Positions 1 through 8,762 of a DNA stretch of 64,000 bases are shown in pieces. Every line of letters starts with the position of its first letter. Position 1 is the first letter of the stretch. The DNA lies in contig JAHITJ010000250.1 in the NCBI GenBank assembly GCA_018817795.1, positions 11,635 through 75,634 of the forward strand, given 5' to 3'. The position numbers and the translations under genes were made by a program. The notes beneath the pieces are model-generated. The model searched no databases, was not told where the DNA came from, and saw only the letters and a program-made list of their open reading frames with translations. This stretch comes from Myxococcota bacterium. Lineage in GTDB: Bacteria > Myxococcota_A > Polyangia > HGW-17.

Positions 1-519
1 TACAAGTGAAATAACCGGTGCAGACAGGAGTTTTTCCCGTCCACCGAGATCTTTGAGCTCCACGACAAAGGCGAAACCGGCAACAGAGGCCCCGCATTTC
101 TCAACGAGCCTCCCGGCCGCGGCAGCGGTGCCTCCGGTGGCCAGCAGATCATCAATGATCACCACCTTGTTCCCTGGGGCCAGCGCATCTACATGCACTT
201 CGATCGAGTCCGACCCATACTCCAGGTCATAGGTCTCGCGGATGGTGCGTGAGGGCAGCTTTCCGGGCTTGCGGATGATGCACAGGGGCAGCCTCAGTTC
301 GGAGGCCACGGTCGCACCGAAGAGAAACCCGCGGCTCTCGATGGCCGCGATGTGCGTCGGATGCAGGTTGCGGATCAGTGCGACCAGCATGCTGTTGGCC
401 GCGGCGGTGGCGTCGGGATCCAGCAGCAGCGTGGTGATGTCGCGGAACAGGATCCCGGGCTTCGGAAAATCAGGCACCGGGCGGATGGCCGCGGAGATCA
501 TCGCGATGGGCTCAGTCAT
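1..519 (-). CDS. apt: Adenine phosphoribosyltransferase (runs off window start)
   Basis: Manual translation from ATG at 519: MTEPIAMISAAIRPVPDFPKPGILFRDITTLL...AAIESRGF...IRKPGKLP...YDLEYG...VVIIDDLLATGGT; not in the ORF track because it is truncated. Confidence 0.95.
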   Translation of the reverse strand, partial: MTEPIAMISAAIRPVPDFPKPGILFRDITTLLLDPDATAAANSMLVALIRNLHPTHIAAIESRGFLFGATVASELRLPLCIIRKPGKLPSRTIRETYDLEYGSDSIEVHVDALAPGNKVVIIDDLLATGGTAAAAGRLVEKCGASVAGFAFVVELKDLGGREKLLSAPVISLV

Positions 520-1453
520 GTACCAGTTCCTCTTTCTTCTGTGCCCTGCGGGCCAGCGCCGATATTCCCAGTACAAGCAGAAATCCGGCCACCATCAGCA
601 AGCCATGCAAAACCACTTCGCTTCCGCCATCCATGGGCAGGACGTTCCGGGTTTTGAGGACAACGACTTTATCATGAAATTGGGCGCTTTCCAATACTTC
701 CTGATAAGGCCACACCTTGCGCAGGGATCCGAGCATGAAACCGCACAAAACAGCCAGGGTCTGCAGGGAATATCGGCTCAGAAGCCATTTCAGGAAACGG
801 GAAAATGACACCAGCCCCAGGAAGGCACCGGCGACGAACCAAATCAATACGTAGAGATCCAGGGTCTTCACGGCCTCCAGAATCCGGTGGTATTGGGAGA
901 GCAGAACCAGAATGAAAGATCCGGAGATCCCGGGAAGGATCATCGCAGTGGCCGCCACCGAGCCCGACAGGAACGTGAACCAGAAGGACGACGGCGTGGC
1001 CATCGGGATAAGCCCGACGAGCAGGTAGGAGCCGACCGCGCCGATCGAAAGGAAGGACCAGAACTGGAGCCTCCGGGGCGTGATCCCGGACGCCACCACC
1101 CAGGTGGAGGCCAGCACCAGTCCGAAGAAGAACGACCACAACTCCTGCGGATGATTGTTCAGCAGATACGAGACTCCACGTGCCAGCGAGAAGATCGACA
1201 GCGCGATGCCCAGCGCCAGCGGCAGGAGGAAACCCCAGGGGATCTTGTCGTAGGCTTCCCGGAAACGTCCCGTGAACACCAGGCGGAACCACCGCAGATC
1301 AAACGAGGAGATCGCCGCGAGCAGGGTGTCGTAGATCCCGGTGATGAAGGCTATCGTGCCGCCGGACACGCCGGGCACCACGTCGGCCGCCCCCATGAGC
1401 ATGCCCTTGAGCACCAGAATGCCCCGGCTCCTGAGCGTGGCCGGAACGATCAT
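512..1453 (-). CDS. DUF368 family membrane protein (putative undecaprenyl-phosphate translocase)
   Basis: Two re-entrant motifs, MGAADVVPGVSGGTIA and AMILPGISGSFILVLL; multiple TM helices. Confidence 0.9.
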   Translation of the reverse strand: MIVPATLRSRGILVLKGMLMGAADVVPGVSGGTIAFITGIYDTLLAAISSFDLRWFRLVFTGRFREAYDKIPWGFLLPLALGIALSIFSLARGVSYLLNNHPQELWSFFFGLVLASTWVVASGITPRRLQFWSFLSIGAVGSYLLVGLIPMATPSSFWFTFLSGSVAATAMILPGISGSFILVLLSQYHRILEAVKTLDLYVLIWFVAGAFLGLVSFSRFLKWLLSRYSLQTLAVLCGFMLGSLRKVWPYQEVLESAQFHDKVVVLKTRNVLPMDGGSEVVLHGLLMVAGFLLVLGISALARRAQKKEELVHD

Positions 1454-2217
1454 GTGTCACCTTGCCGCTCCAGGGCATCCTGGACCCGCTGCCATTCGTC
1501 CTGGGGCGGCAAGAAGGAGAGACACAGCGGGGACAGGCTGATGTTGCCGGCGTCCAGCGCCGTGAACTCGCCGCCTTCGAGGTTGCCGTGATCGGGCGAG
1601 ATCGGACCGCCGATCCAGTAATACGGCTCCCCCTTGGGATCGTAGCGGACCATGACCTCGTCATGGTAATGGCGGATGCCCGGGGATGTCAACTCGACCC
1701 GTCCGGGATCGGGTGGGATGTTGCAGTTGTACACCCACGGATGCCGGGTGGGCGGCCAGGAGAGGATCATGCGCGCGAGCCGGACGACGATCTGCGAGGC
1801 CGTCCGCAGGTGCTCGGTGGAGGCTCCCCGGATCGTGGACACCGCCAGGGCCGTCACGCCCCGCAGAGAGGCTTCCATGGCCGCCGCAACGGTCCCCGAG
1901 TAGAACACGTCAGTGCCCAGGTTGTAGCCGTTGTTCATGCCCGAGATCACGAGATCCGGCCGCCGGGGAACCACATGAACAATGCCCATGTACGAGCAGT
2001 CCACGGGTGTGCCCGAGCACGAGAACTGGTGCGGCGCGACCTCGTGCAGCCGCAGCGGCTCGCGCAGGGTGATGGCGTTGCTGACGGCGCTGCGCTCCCG
2101 GTCCGGGGCCACCACCCAAACGTCGGCTCCGAAGGCGGTGAAGGCTTCGACCAGCGGGGCGATCCCGCTGGCATGGATTCCGTCATCATTGGTGATCAGG
2201 ATGGTTTTCTGCTGCAT
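1450..2217 (-). CDS. surE: 5'/3'-nucleotidase SurE
   Basis: ILITNDDG, VVAPDRERS, SGTPVDC, SGMNNGYNLG..VFYSGTVAAA motifs. Confidence 0.95.
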   Translation of the reverse strand: MQQKTILITNDDGIHASGIAPLVEAFTAFGADVWVVAPDRERSAVSNAITLREPLRLHEVAPHQFSCSGTPVDCSYMGIVHVVPRRPDLVISGMNNGYNLGTDVFYSGTVAAAMEASLRGVTALAVSTIRGASTEHLRTASQIVVRLARMILSWPPTRHPWVYNCNIPPDPGRVELTSPGIRHYHDEVMVRYDPKGEPYYWIGGPISPDHGNLEGGEFTALDAGNISLSPLCLSFLPPQDEWQRVQDALERQGDT

Positions 2218-2221
2218 GATT

Positions 2222-3079
2222 TTATGATTCCAGGGAATTCAGGAAGGAGACGACCTCGGAGGCCACCTCGGCCGGTCTCTCGACGGCGGTGTAGTGCGAG
2301 GTCCTGGGCACGAACACCAGCCGGCTTCCGGGGATGGCCCGTGCGATCTCGCGGGTGGTCTGCGGGAGCACGATGAAGTCGCGGGTGCCAGCGATGATGA
2401 GCACCGGGATGCGCAAAAGCGGCAGCACGTCGCGGCCGTCGTAGCGTTCGGCGCTCTCGAGGGTGGCGCGGAACACCTCGTGGTCCATGTTGACGAACTT
2501 CTCGGCGATCTCACGGAACACGTCCTCGTCGAGGTCGGGCCCCACCAGCCCCGTGGACTTGATGAACGAGACCACGGCGCCGCTGCGGATCACGCGGTCG
2601 GCCAGGGGCGCGGCGAGCCTCCAGAAGGGCGCCCAGAAAGTCAGCAGGTGCGAGAAGATCGGCGCACACAACTGCGGCAGGCGGAGACTGCCCGAGGCGG
2701 GCCCCACCATCGCGTTGAGCAGCACGAGCCCGGAGAAGGCCTCCGGACGGCGCCGATACAGTTCCACCAGCACCTGGCCGCCGTAGCTCCAGCCCATGAA
2801 GATCGCCTTCTCGATGTGGAACAGCGCCAGCAAATCCTCGAGGTCGTCAGCCTGCACCGGCACGGTGACCGAGGACAGATCCGCCGGACGGTGAGACGAG
2901 AACAGACCGCGGTAATCCCACGCGGTGATGGTGAAGCGGTCCGACAGCGCCGCGATCACGTGCTTCCACGCCGGGATGGACCCCCCCAGACCGTTGGCGA
3001 TGACGATGTCGGGACCACTGCCGATCCGTTGCCAGGCCAGCAGCGTTCCGTCGCGGGACGTGAAGGATCCCTGCTTCAT
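2222..3079 (-). CDS. Alpha/beta hydrolase
   Basis: Start re-called at MKQGSF (3079, ATGA overlap with upstream stop); NGLGG, WDYRG, GWSYG nucleophile elbow, C-terminal SH. Confidence 0.85.
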   Translation of the reverse strand: MKQGSFTSRDGTLLAWQRIGSGPDIVIANGLGGSIPAWKHVIAALSDRFTITAWDYRGLFSSHRPADLSSVTVPVQADDLEDLLALFHIEKAIFMGWSYGGQVLVELYRRRPEAFSGLVLLNAMVGPASGSLRLPQLCAPIFSHLLTFWAPFWRLAAPLADRVIRSGAVVSFIKSTGLVGPDLDEDVFREIAEKFVNMDHEVFRATLESAERYDGRDVLPLLRIPVLIIAGTRDFIVLPQTTREIARAIPGSRLVFVPRTSHYTAVERPAEVASEVVSFLNSLES

Positions 3080-3729
3080 CCGTGCATTCTCTGGGAGACG
3101 ATCCCGAGGATCTGCGCACAACGGACGTCGAAAGGACCGGCCAAGCCGGCAACGCCTTCGACCATCGCTGCCTTCTGCCCGGAGGCGGGCAGATCCTTGA
3201 GGTTGATCTCGACGTTCATGCGGGCGCCATGGAAGCACGTCGACAGCGACAGCGCGGCCACGCCGGCATCGGACACGGAGTTCAGGTTGCCCTTCTCGGC
3301 CACGACCGTCAGCGCGCCAAGCGCCGCGTCGGCGGCCTGCATCACCGTGAACGGAACCATGGCAGCTTCCAGGGTGGCCTGATCCACGGCCGCCTGGCGC
3401 GACGCCTTCTCCTCGTCGGTGCCCTGGGGAAGGTCGAACGCCGCCATGACCCTGTTGAACGCGAAGGTGTCCTCGTCGACGAGGTCCCGGAGCTTCTCGA
3501 CCAACGGCGCCAACTTCTCCTCGGCCGCGCGCAGCTCGTCCTCGACGTCCTTGTACTTTTTCTTGCCGATCGTCAGCCGGCACACCATGGCACCCAGACC
3601 CGCGCCGAGCGCACCCGACAGCGCCGCCACCGAACCGCCGCCGGGGGCCGGGCTCTTGGCGGCCACGTTCTCGATGAAGCAGGCCACGGGAAGGTTCGCC
3701 AGATAGGATGCAAGGGAAATCTGAGCCAT
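3076..3729 (-). CDS. Formiminotetrahydrofolate cyclodeaminase/cyclohydrolase family protein
   Basis: SPAPGGGSVAALSGALGAGL, DEDTFAF, GNLNSVSDAGVA, NVEINL motifs. Confidence 0.92.
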   Translation of the reverse strand: MAQISLASYLANLPVACFIENVAAKSPAPGGGSVAALSGALGAGLGAMVCRLTIGKKKYKDVEDELRAAEEKLAPLVEKLRDLVDEDTFAFNRVMAAFDLPQGTDEEKASRQAAVDQATLEAAMVPFTVMQAADAALGALTVVAEKGNLNSVSDAGVAALSLSTCFHGARMNVEINLKDLPASGQKAAMVEGVAGLAGPFDVRCAQILGIVSQRMHG

Positions 3730-3768
3730 GTCTAATCTCCTCCGGGATTCAAACCCGCTTGTTTTCGA

Positions 3769-4812
3769 TCATTCCTCGACCGCGAATTCGATGACCTTCT
3801 TCTGCGCGTCGAACGGTTTGTAGTCTGACAACTTCAGGTAGTCGTGGGCGACGGCCACCATCTCCCGATCACTCAGTCCGATGGAGCTCTTTCCGGCCTT
3901 GCGGAGGGCCCAGTGCGCGGCCATCATCAGGGGTGCCGCCGGCAGCAAACCCACGACCTCGGAGCCAGTCACCCTCAGGCCGCGGGCGGCGCAGTCCAGG
4001 ACCGCCTCCTCGTAGGCCACGTGGGGCGGCGTGACGAGGTAGTTGTTCAGGTTCATCGAGATCTGCGTGCGCTTCCCGTCCTCGATGGGCACACCCATGG
4101 CCTTGACCATGCGCAGCTTGCCCGGCACGAAGATCTTCTTGCCGGTGGCGTTGAGCACGAATTCGCCTTCGGGGGTCATCCTCGGCTTGCCCAGCTGGCG
4201 CAGCCCCAGCGCGACGTCGTCGGTGGCCGCCACGTCGGGCGTGTCGATGTTGACGTTGTAGGCGACCAGGAAGAACCGCGCGCCGGTGGCCACGGTGCCA
4301 AACGTGGGGACGAACTTCGCGGGGCCGAAGTCGGGCGCCCAGTCGGGGTTGGCCAGCTTCTCGGGCAGGCCCTCGTACTCTCCCTCGCGCACCTTGGCGA
4401 GGTTCTTGCGCTCCGGGCGCGCGGCGGCCTGCTCGTAGAGGTACACCGGCACGTCGAATGCAGCAGCGGTACGTTTCCCGTACTGCCGCGCCAGCTCGGC
4501 GCAGTCGGCCATGGTCACTCCGCGCACCGGGATGAACGGACAGACGTCGATGGCGCCGAAGCGCGGATGCTCTCCGTGGTGCTCCCGCATGTCGATCATC
4601 TTCACGGCCACCTCGGTCGCACGGAAGGCGGCCTCCACGACGGCCTCCTTCTCCCCGACGAAGGTCACCACGACCCGGTTGTAGGAGGCGTCCGGATCCA
4701 CGTCGAGCAGCTTGACGCCGGGAACCGACTCGATGGCCCGGCCGATGGCGGCGTGAACCTCGGGGTTGCGGCCGTCGGAAAAATTGGGAACGCATTCAAC
4801 GATGGTCTGCAT
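3769..4812 (-). CDS. ftcD: Glutamate formimidoyltransferase
   Basis: Start at MQTIVECVPNFSDGR; HHGEHPRFGAIDVCPFIP; GARFFLVAYNVN; QISMNL. Confidence 0.93.
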   Translation of the reverse strand: MQTIVECVPNFSDGRNPEVHAAIGRAIESVPGVKLLDVDPDASYNRVVVTFVGEKEAVVEAAFRATEVAVKMIDMREHHGEHPRFGAIDVCPFIPVRGVTMADCAELARQYGKRTAAAFDVPVYLYEQAAARPERKNLAKVREGEYEGLPEKLANPDWAPDFGPAKFVPTFGTVATGARFFLVAYNVNIDTPDVAATDDVALGLRQLGKPRMTPEGEFVLNATGKKIFVPGKLRMVKAMGVPIEDGKRTQISMNLNNYLVTPPHVAYEEAVLDCAARGLRVTGSEVVGLLPAAPLMMAAHWALRKAGKSSIGLSDREMVAVAHDYLKLSDYKPFDAQKKVIEFAVEE

Positions 4813-4920
4813 GGGGACTCCTGCGAAAGGACAGATATCAAACTTAAAAGAGGCGTCTCCGATCGCCCCGAAGTTGCTAACGGGAATAACGTAATAAGTC
4901 AAGCTGACTCGGAAAGGAAA

Positions 4921-4961
4921 GAAAAGACTGCGGAGAAGGCAAAGAGGGAGCGGACAAGGGA
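4921..4961 (+). repeat. Purine-rich dispersed repeat, copy A
   Basis: gaaaagactgcggagaag...gggagcggacaag; aligns by eye with the reverse complement of 11326-11366 and with 56482-56503. Confidence 0.45.
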
Positions 4962-5078
4962 CCGAAACGCAGGAATCAACCCGGCGTCAGACGGCCACCT
5001 GAGGCGACCGACAAAGGGCGCCGGATATTGATTCGTGCAGCCAAAACCGGTAAGGTGGCGACCGCGAGGAGATTTCCG

Positions 5079-6221
5079 ATGACCCACACCGAAGCCTGGA
5101 AGATCCACCACCCCGAAGGAAAGTACCGCGTGCTCGCCACCAAGCGCCTGGTCGGAGAACGCTGGCTCGAGGTGCTCTCCACCTTCGACTGCCGCGTCGA
5201 GATCTACGACGCCGAGGAGATGTTCGGGGAGGCGGAACTGATCGAGGCCATCGGAACGCGCTGTGACGGCGCGCTGGGCCAGCTCAACGAGCCCTGGAAC
5301 GAGCGCGTGCTGACACACTTCGCGGCCGCCGGCGGCAAGGTGATCTCGACCTACGCCGTGGGCGTCAACAACATCGACCTGGCGTGCGCCTCCCGGCTGG
5401 GCATCGCGGTCTGCAACACCCCGGGCGTGCTCACCGAGGCCACCGCCGAGCTGGCCCTGGCGCTGGTGTTCGCGGCGATCCGCCGCATCGCCGAGGGCGA
5501 CCGCTACATGCGCGAAGGCCGCTTCCTCGGCTGGCTGCCGCATTTGATGCTCGGACGCCAGATCACCGGGCGCACCCTGGGCCTGTTCGGCGCGGGCCGC
5601 ATCGGGCAGACCGTCGCCCGGGCCCTGGCCGGCGGCTTCGGCATGAACGTCCTGTACTTCAATCCGCACCCGCGTCCCGAGCTGGAGAACTACGTCTCCG
5701 ATCTCGCCGCGTTGGCGAAAAAACACGGGCAGCCTGTCCCGTCGGTGCGGCACACTGAGGACCTCGACGAATTGTTCGTCCAGAGTGACATCCTCGTGCT
5801 GCTGTCGTCCTACTCGCCGGCCCTGCACCATCTGGTGGGCGCGCGACGCCTTGCGCTGATGAAACCCGCGGCCGTGCTCGTCAACGCCAGCCGCGGCCCG
5901 GTCATCGACGAGGCCTCGCTGATCGCCCACCTGAAAAACCACCCGGAGTTCACCGCCGGCCTCGACGTGTTCGAGTTCGAGCCGCGCATGGTCGACGGGC
6001 TCACGGAGCTTCCCAACATCGTGCTGTCTCCGCACACCGGAAGCGCCACCCTCGAGAGCCGCTCGAACATGGCGACGCTGGCGGCGCTCAACTGCGCCGG
6101 CGTGCTCTCGCACTGGCCGGCGAACACCGCCTTCTCCACCACCGATCTCGCCACCGGCCCCATGCGGAAGCTCGTCCCCAGCCTGCTCAACGCCAAAGAG
6201 CTCTCCTGGCCCGCCACCTGA
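5079..6221 (+). CDS. D-glycerate dehydrogenase / hydroxypyruvate reductase (plant HPR1-like)
   Basis: Start MTHTE after GAGGAG; AVGVNNID, NTPGVLTEATAELA, GAGRIG, NASRGPVIDE, GLDVFEFEP, PHTGSA. Confidence 0.9.
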   Translation: MTHTEAWKIHHPEGKYRVLATKRLVGERWLEVLSTFDCRVEIYDAEEMFGEAELIEAIGTRCDGALGQLNEPWNERVLTHFAAAGGKVISTYAVGVNNIDLACASRLGIAVCNTPGVLTEATAELALALVFAAIRRIAEGDRYMREGRFLGWLPHLMLGRQITGRTLGLFGAGRIGQTVARALAGGFGMNVLYFNPHPRPELENYVSDLAALAKKHGQPVPSVRHTEDLDELFVQSDILVLLSSYSPALHHLVGARRLALMKPAAVLVNASRGPVIDEASLIAHLKNHPEFTAGLDVFEFEPRMVDGLTELPNIVLSPHTGSATLESRSNMATLAALNCAGVLSHWPANTAFSTTDLATGPMRKLVPSLLNAKELSWPAT

Positions 6222-6257
6222 TCATTGTTGACCCGATTTTTCAAGAAACATCATCAT

Positions 6258-7733
6258 TTAGCGACGAACCACCCGAAAACCGACGTCGTTGCTCCGGCTA
6301 TGCTGGGGATCCATGATCCGGATGGCCACTTCGCAGTAGGACGCATTGAGCCTCCAACTGCCCCCGCGCACCTCGCCGTGGGTGCCCGAAGCCGGACCCG
6401 GATAGTCCGTCACCGGACCGGTCGGATACGTTCCATGCCAGTCCCACACCCGTTCATACACGTTTCCGCTCAGATCGAACAATCCCAGTTCATTGGGAAT
6501 CTTCGTGCCCGCCGGATGGGTCTTGCCGGAGCTGTTTGTCATGTACCAGGCATAGTCGTCGATGACGTTGCTGCCCGTGCTCCCGGCGAACGCCCTGGCA
6601 AATCCCGTTGTGTTCGTCGCCCCTGGATTGGTCGTGTCCGCGCCCATCGCCGCCCACATCCACTCCATCTCCGTGGGCAGCCGATACCCTTCCGCAGCCC
6701 AGTTCACCGTCGCAGCATTCCACGTGGCGTCGTCCGTCGCCGGGATCTGCGAGTACGTCAGCGTGCTGAAATCGACTCCGCTCACCACGTACACTGGAGT
6801 CAAACCCTCCAGCAGGCTCAACTTGTTGCAGAACGCGATCGCATCGTACCAGCTCATCATCTGGACCGGATCGCCGGTGCCGCTGGAAGCACCTATGTCG
6901 CTAGGGTCCGACCACCCGGTCACTGACGCCCATTGGGCCCGGGTGATCTCGTACCGGCTCATCCAGAACGCCGACACCGTGCTCAGGTTCGTCGGCGTCG
7001 GATCCCGCTGGAACGTTCCCCCCGGCACATACTTCAGCGTCCCGAGATTCGGCGACTCAAAGTCCGGTGTAGCCGTCTGGGTGACCAGCACTGAGTACAC
7101 CTTCTGCTCCCCGCTCTCCGCGGTCACCGTCACGGTCACCGGGTTGTCGCCCAGGGATAAGGTCATCGGCTGCGTGGGCGCGATCGAGACGCTCGCATAG
7201 GTGTCGGCCGCCGCCGCCGTCACGCTCAACTCCGTCACCAGCATAGGCACGGTCATCGTGTATGACGTCGTCCCTGCCGAAAACACCGGGATCAGGGGGG
7301 CCCTGCCCACCTCCAGCGTCGTGAGATCCGCGTTCGTGCGCTTGGGTACGCACTCGGTGTCGTCGAAAACACAGGCCTCAGTGCAGCCCAGCGCGCCGCT
7401 GCCCTGCGAAAAACCAAGGGTCACGCACGTCTGGCCGTCGAGTTTATCACCGTCGCATGATTCTCCATGCACGGTTTGAATGGTCCTGTCCCCGCAACGC
7501 CCCCCCGTGCACATCGAAAGTTCGAACGTGCAGTCGGAATTGCATCGCAGCTCGCCGGTCTGCACATAGTACCCGAATTCCGAACAAGCGGTCGCCGTCA
7601 ACTGGCTCCCGTCACACGGCTCCCCGGGATCCAGAAACCCGTCACCGCATGAACCGACGGTCTTGGCCTTCGTGTCGCAGGATCCTAGAAGGAAAAATGA
7701 AATGACTGAAATCGCGATCAACATGAATCTCAT
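6258..7733 (-). CDS. Lipoprotein: Cys-rich CGDG repeats + cadherin-like beta-sandwich + C-terminal FGE/SUMF1 (CLec-fold) domain
   Basis: Signal/lipobox LLGSC; CGDG..D.GE.CDG repeats; F..GTTSYTMTV..VTVTAESG; YEITRAQW, SWYDAIAFCNKLS, YRLPTEMEW, PNELGLFDLSGNV, RGGSW, GFRVVR. Confidence 0.88.
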   Translation of the reverse strand: MRFMLIAISVISFFLLGSCDTKAKTVGSCGDGFLDPGEPCDGSQLTATACSEFGYYVQTGELRCNSDCTFELSMCTGGRCGDRTIQTVHGESCDGDKLDGQTCVTLGFSQGSGALGCTEACVFDDTECVPKRTNADLTTLEVGRAPLIPVFSAGTTSYTMTVPMLVTELSVTAAAADTYASVSIAPTQPMTLSLGDNPVTVTVTAESGEQKVYSVLVTQTATPDFESPNLGTLKYVPGGTFQRDPTPTNLSTVSAFWMSRYEITRAQWASVTGWSDPSDIGASSGTGDPVQMMSWYDAIAFCNKLSLLEGLTPVYVVSGVDFSTLTYSQIPATDDATWNAATVNWAAEGYRLPTEMEWMWAAMGADTTNPGATNTTGFARAFAGSTGSNVIDDYAWYMTNSSGKTHPAGTKIPNELGLFDLSGNVYERVWDWHGTYPTGPVTDYPGPASGTHGEVRGGSWRLNASYCEVAIRIMDPQHSRSNDVGFRVVRR

Positions 7734-7978
7734 CAAAGCATCCTCCAGAAGATGGATTTCGTCGATGAGCGTATCAGAGTACACTGAAACGTCAACATAA
7801 GAGGCTGGAGAACCAGGGCGATCAAGTTCTAAATTTTCTGGACAAGGAGATCAAAGTTTGATCCATTGTCAGAGCTTGAGGAGATGTTTGTCCATGGACG
7901 GCGGCAAGAGAGCCGGCTGGGACCGGAGCTACCTGATCGAGTTGCTCACGGGATGGCGCCCGTAGCCGCCACGCGAGT

Positions 7979-8347
7979 TCACTGCAGCGACTTCATCAGC
8001 CCCCAGAGCATACCACCAACGCGATGCAGGTCGGCCCACCATCGCCGGCCGGTTCCACGGTCGAGGCGACCGGAGAGTACCAGGATCTCGACGGTGGTCT
8101 TGGCTTCCAGGCAGGAGCCGTACGCAATGCGGTAATGCTGCAACCGGCGAACGAAGACGGTCGCTAAGCGGAATCGCGTGCGATTCCGCCGATCGCGACC
8201 GAAGCGGCCGGCACCCTCCGCGATGTTGAGCGGAACCGAGCTCGCGGACGCCACCAACTGCCGTCCGAGGATCGGATGCAAGTTCCGTGCGGCGATGATT
8301 TCGGCCGCGGTGTGAGTGGCTATTTGAAGGACAAGCAGACGTGCCAT
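7979..8347 (-). CDS. Four helix bundle protein (23S rRNA IVP / Avd-like fold) with a 15-aa insertion
   Basis: QLVASASSVPLNIAEG...HYRIAYGSCLEAKT...RVGGMLWGL; RBS GGGAGG 7 nt before ATG at 8347. Confidence 0.85.
   Translation of the reverse strand: MARLLVLQIATHTAAEIIAARNLHPILGRQLVASASSVPLNIAEGAGRFGRDRRNRTRFRLATVFVRRLQHYRIAYGSCLEAKTTVEILVLSGRLDRGTGRRWWADLHRVGGMLWGLMKSLQ
8145..8189. repeat. Double-hairpin palindromic element, copy 1 (inside CDS)
   Basis: gcgaacg-aaga-cggtcgc-taa-gcggaatcgc-gt-gcgattccgc; near-identical copy at 8576-8626. Confidence 0.85.
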
Positions 8348-8483
8348 GGAAAAACCTCCCGGCACCTTCCCTCGGCACCGAGCGGCCGTGTCAAGGGCGA
8401 CCGTTCACGGTCGCCAAAGGTTAACCCTTGACTCGGCCGCTCGGTGCCGTATCCCGTGTCGGTTCCCGAGGTTTTCCATGGCA
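8342..8483. promoter_or_regulatory. Nested inverted repeat covering the RBS/ATG of the four-helix-bundle gene
   Basis: 8342-8358 pairs with 8468-8483 (16 bp, one bulge); 8373-8397 pairs with 8425-8449 (24/25); apical hairpin ggcgaccg-ttca-cggtcgcc at 8396-8415. Confidence 0.75.
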
Positions 8484-8559
8484 TGCCTGCGCCCAATCAG
8501 CACACGACGACGTGGGTCAATCGCCAGACCGCGGCCCGGACAGGACCGTCCCAGCAGAA

Positions 8560-8762
8560 ACGGTGACCGTGACGGGCGACCGAAGACGGTCGCACGGTCG
8601 CTAAGCGGAATCGTCAACGATTCCGCAGGTGACGGTGGAAGCTCCGTTTCACTGCGCTTCGCGGATTCGGTTCGTTCATCGGCCCGGAGGGCCACCTCGT
8701 TTCGGCCAAGGCCGAAACCACCGGCAACCGTCACCGTCACCGTCACCTTCACCGTCACCGTG
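8560..8762. repeat. Multi-hairpin REP-like composite with (ACCGTC)n hexamers; includes double-hairpin copy 2
   Basis: Hairpins at 8576-8593, 8605-8626, 8638-8660, 8681-8693, 8699-8718; about six ACCGTC units at 8727-8762 complementary to 8560-8575 and 8628-8638. Confidence 0.75.

Noticed and set aside
2222-3583. Extended N-termini in the ORF track (also 13771, 26735, 28186, 32970, 47592, 48907)
   Set aside because: The extensions overlap real neighbouring genes or promoter regions; starts were re-called from RBS, overlaps and family N-termini.
7894-7965. 23-codon plus-strand ORF MDGGKRAGWDRSYLIELLTGWRP
   Set aside because: Too short to support as a gene or remnant without a search.
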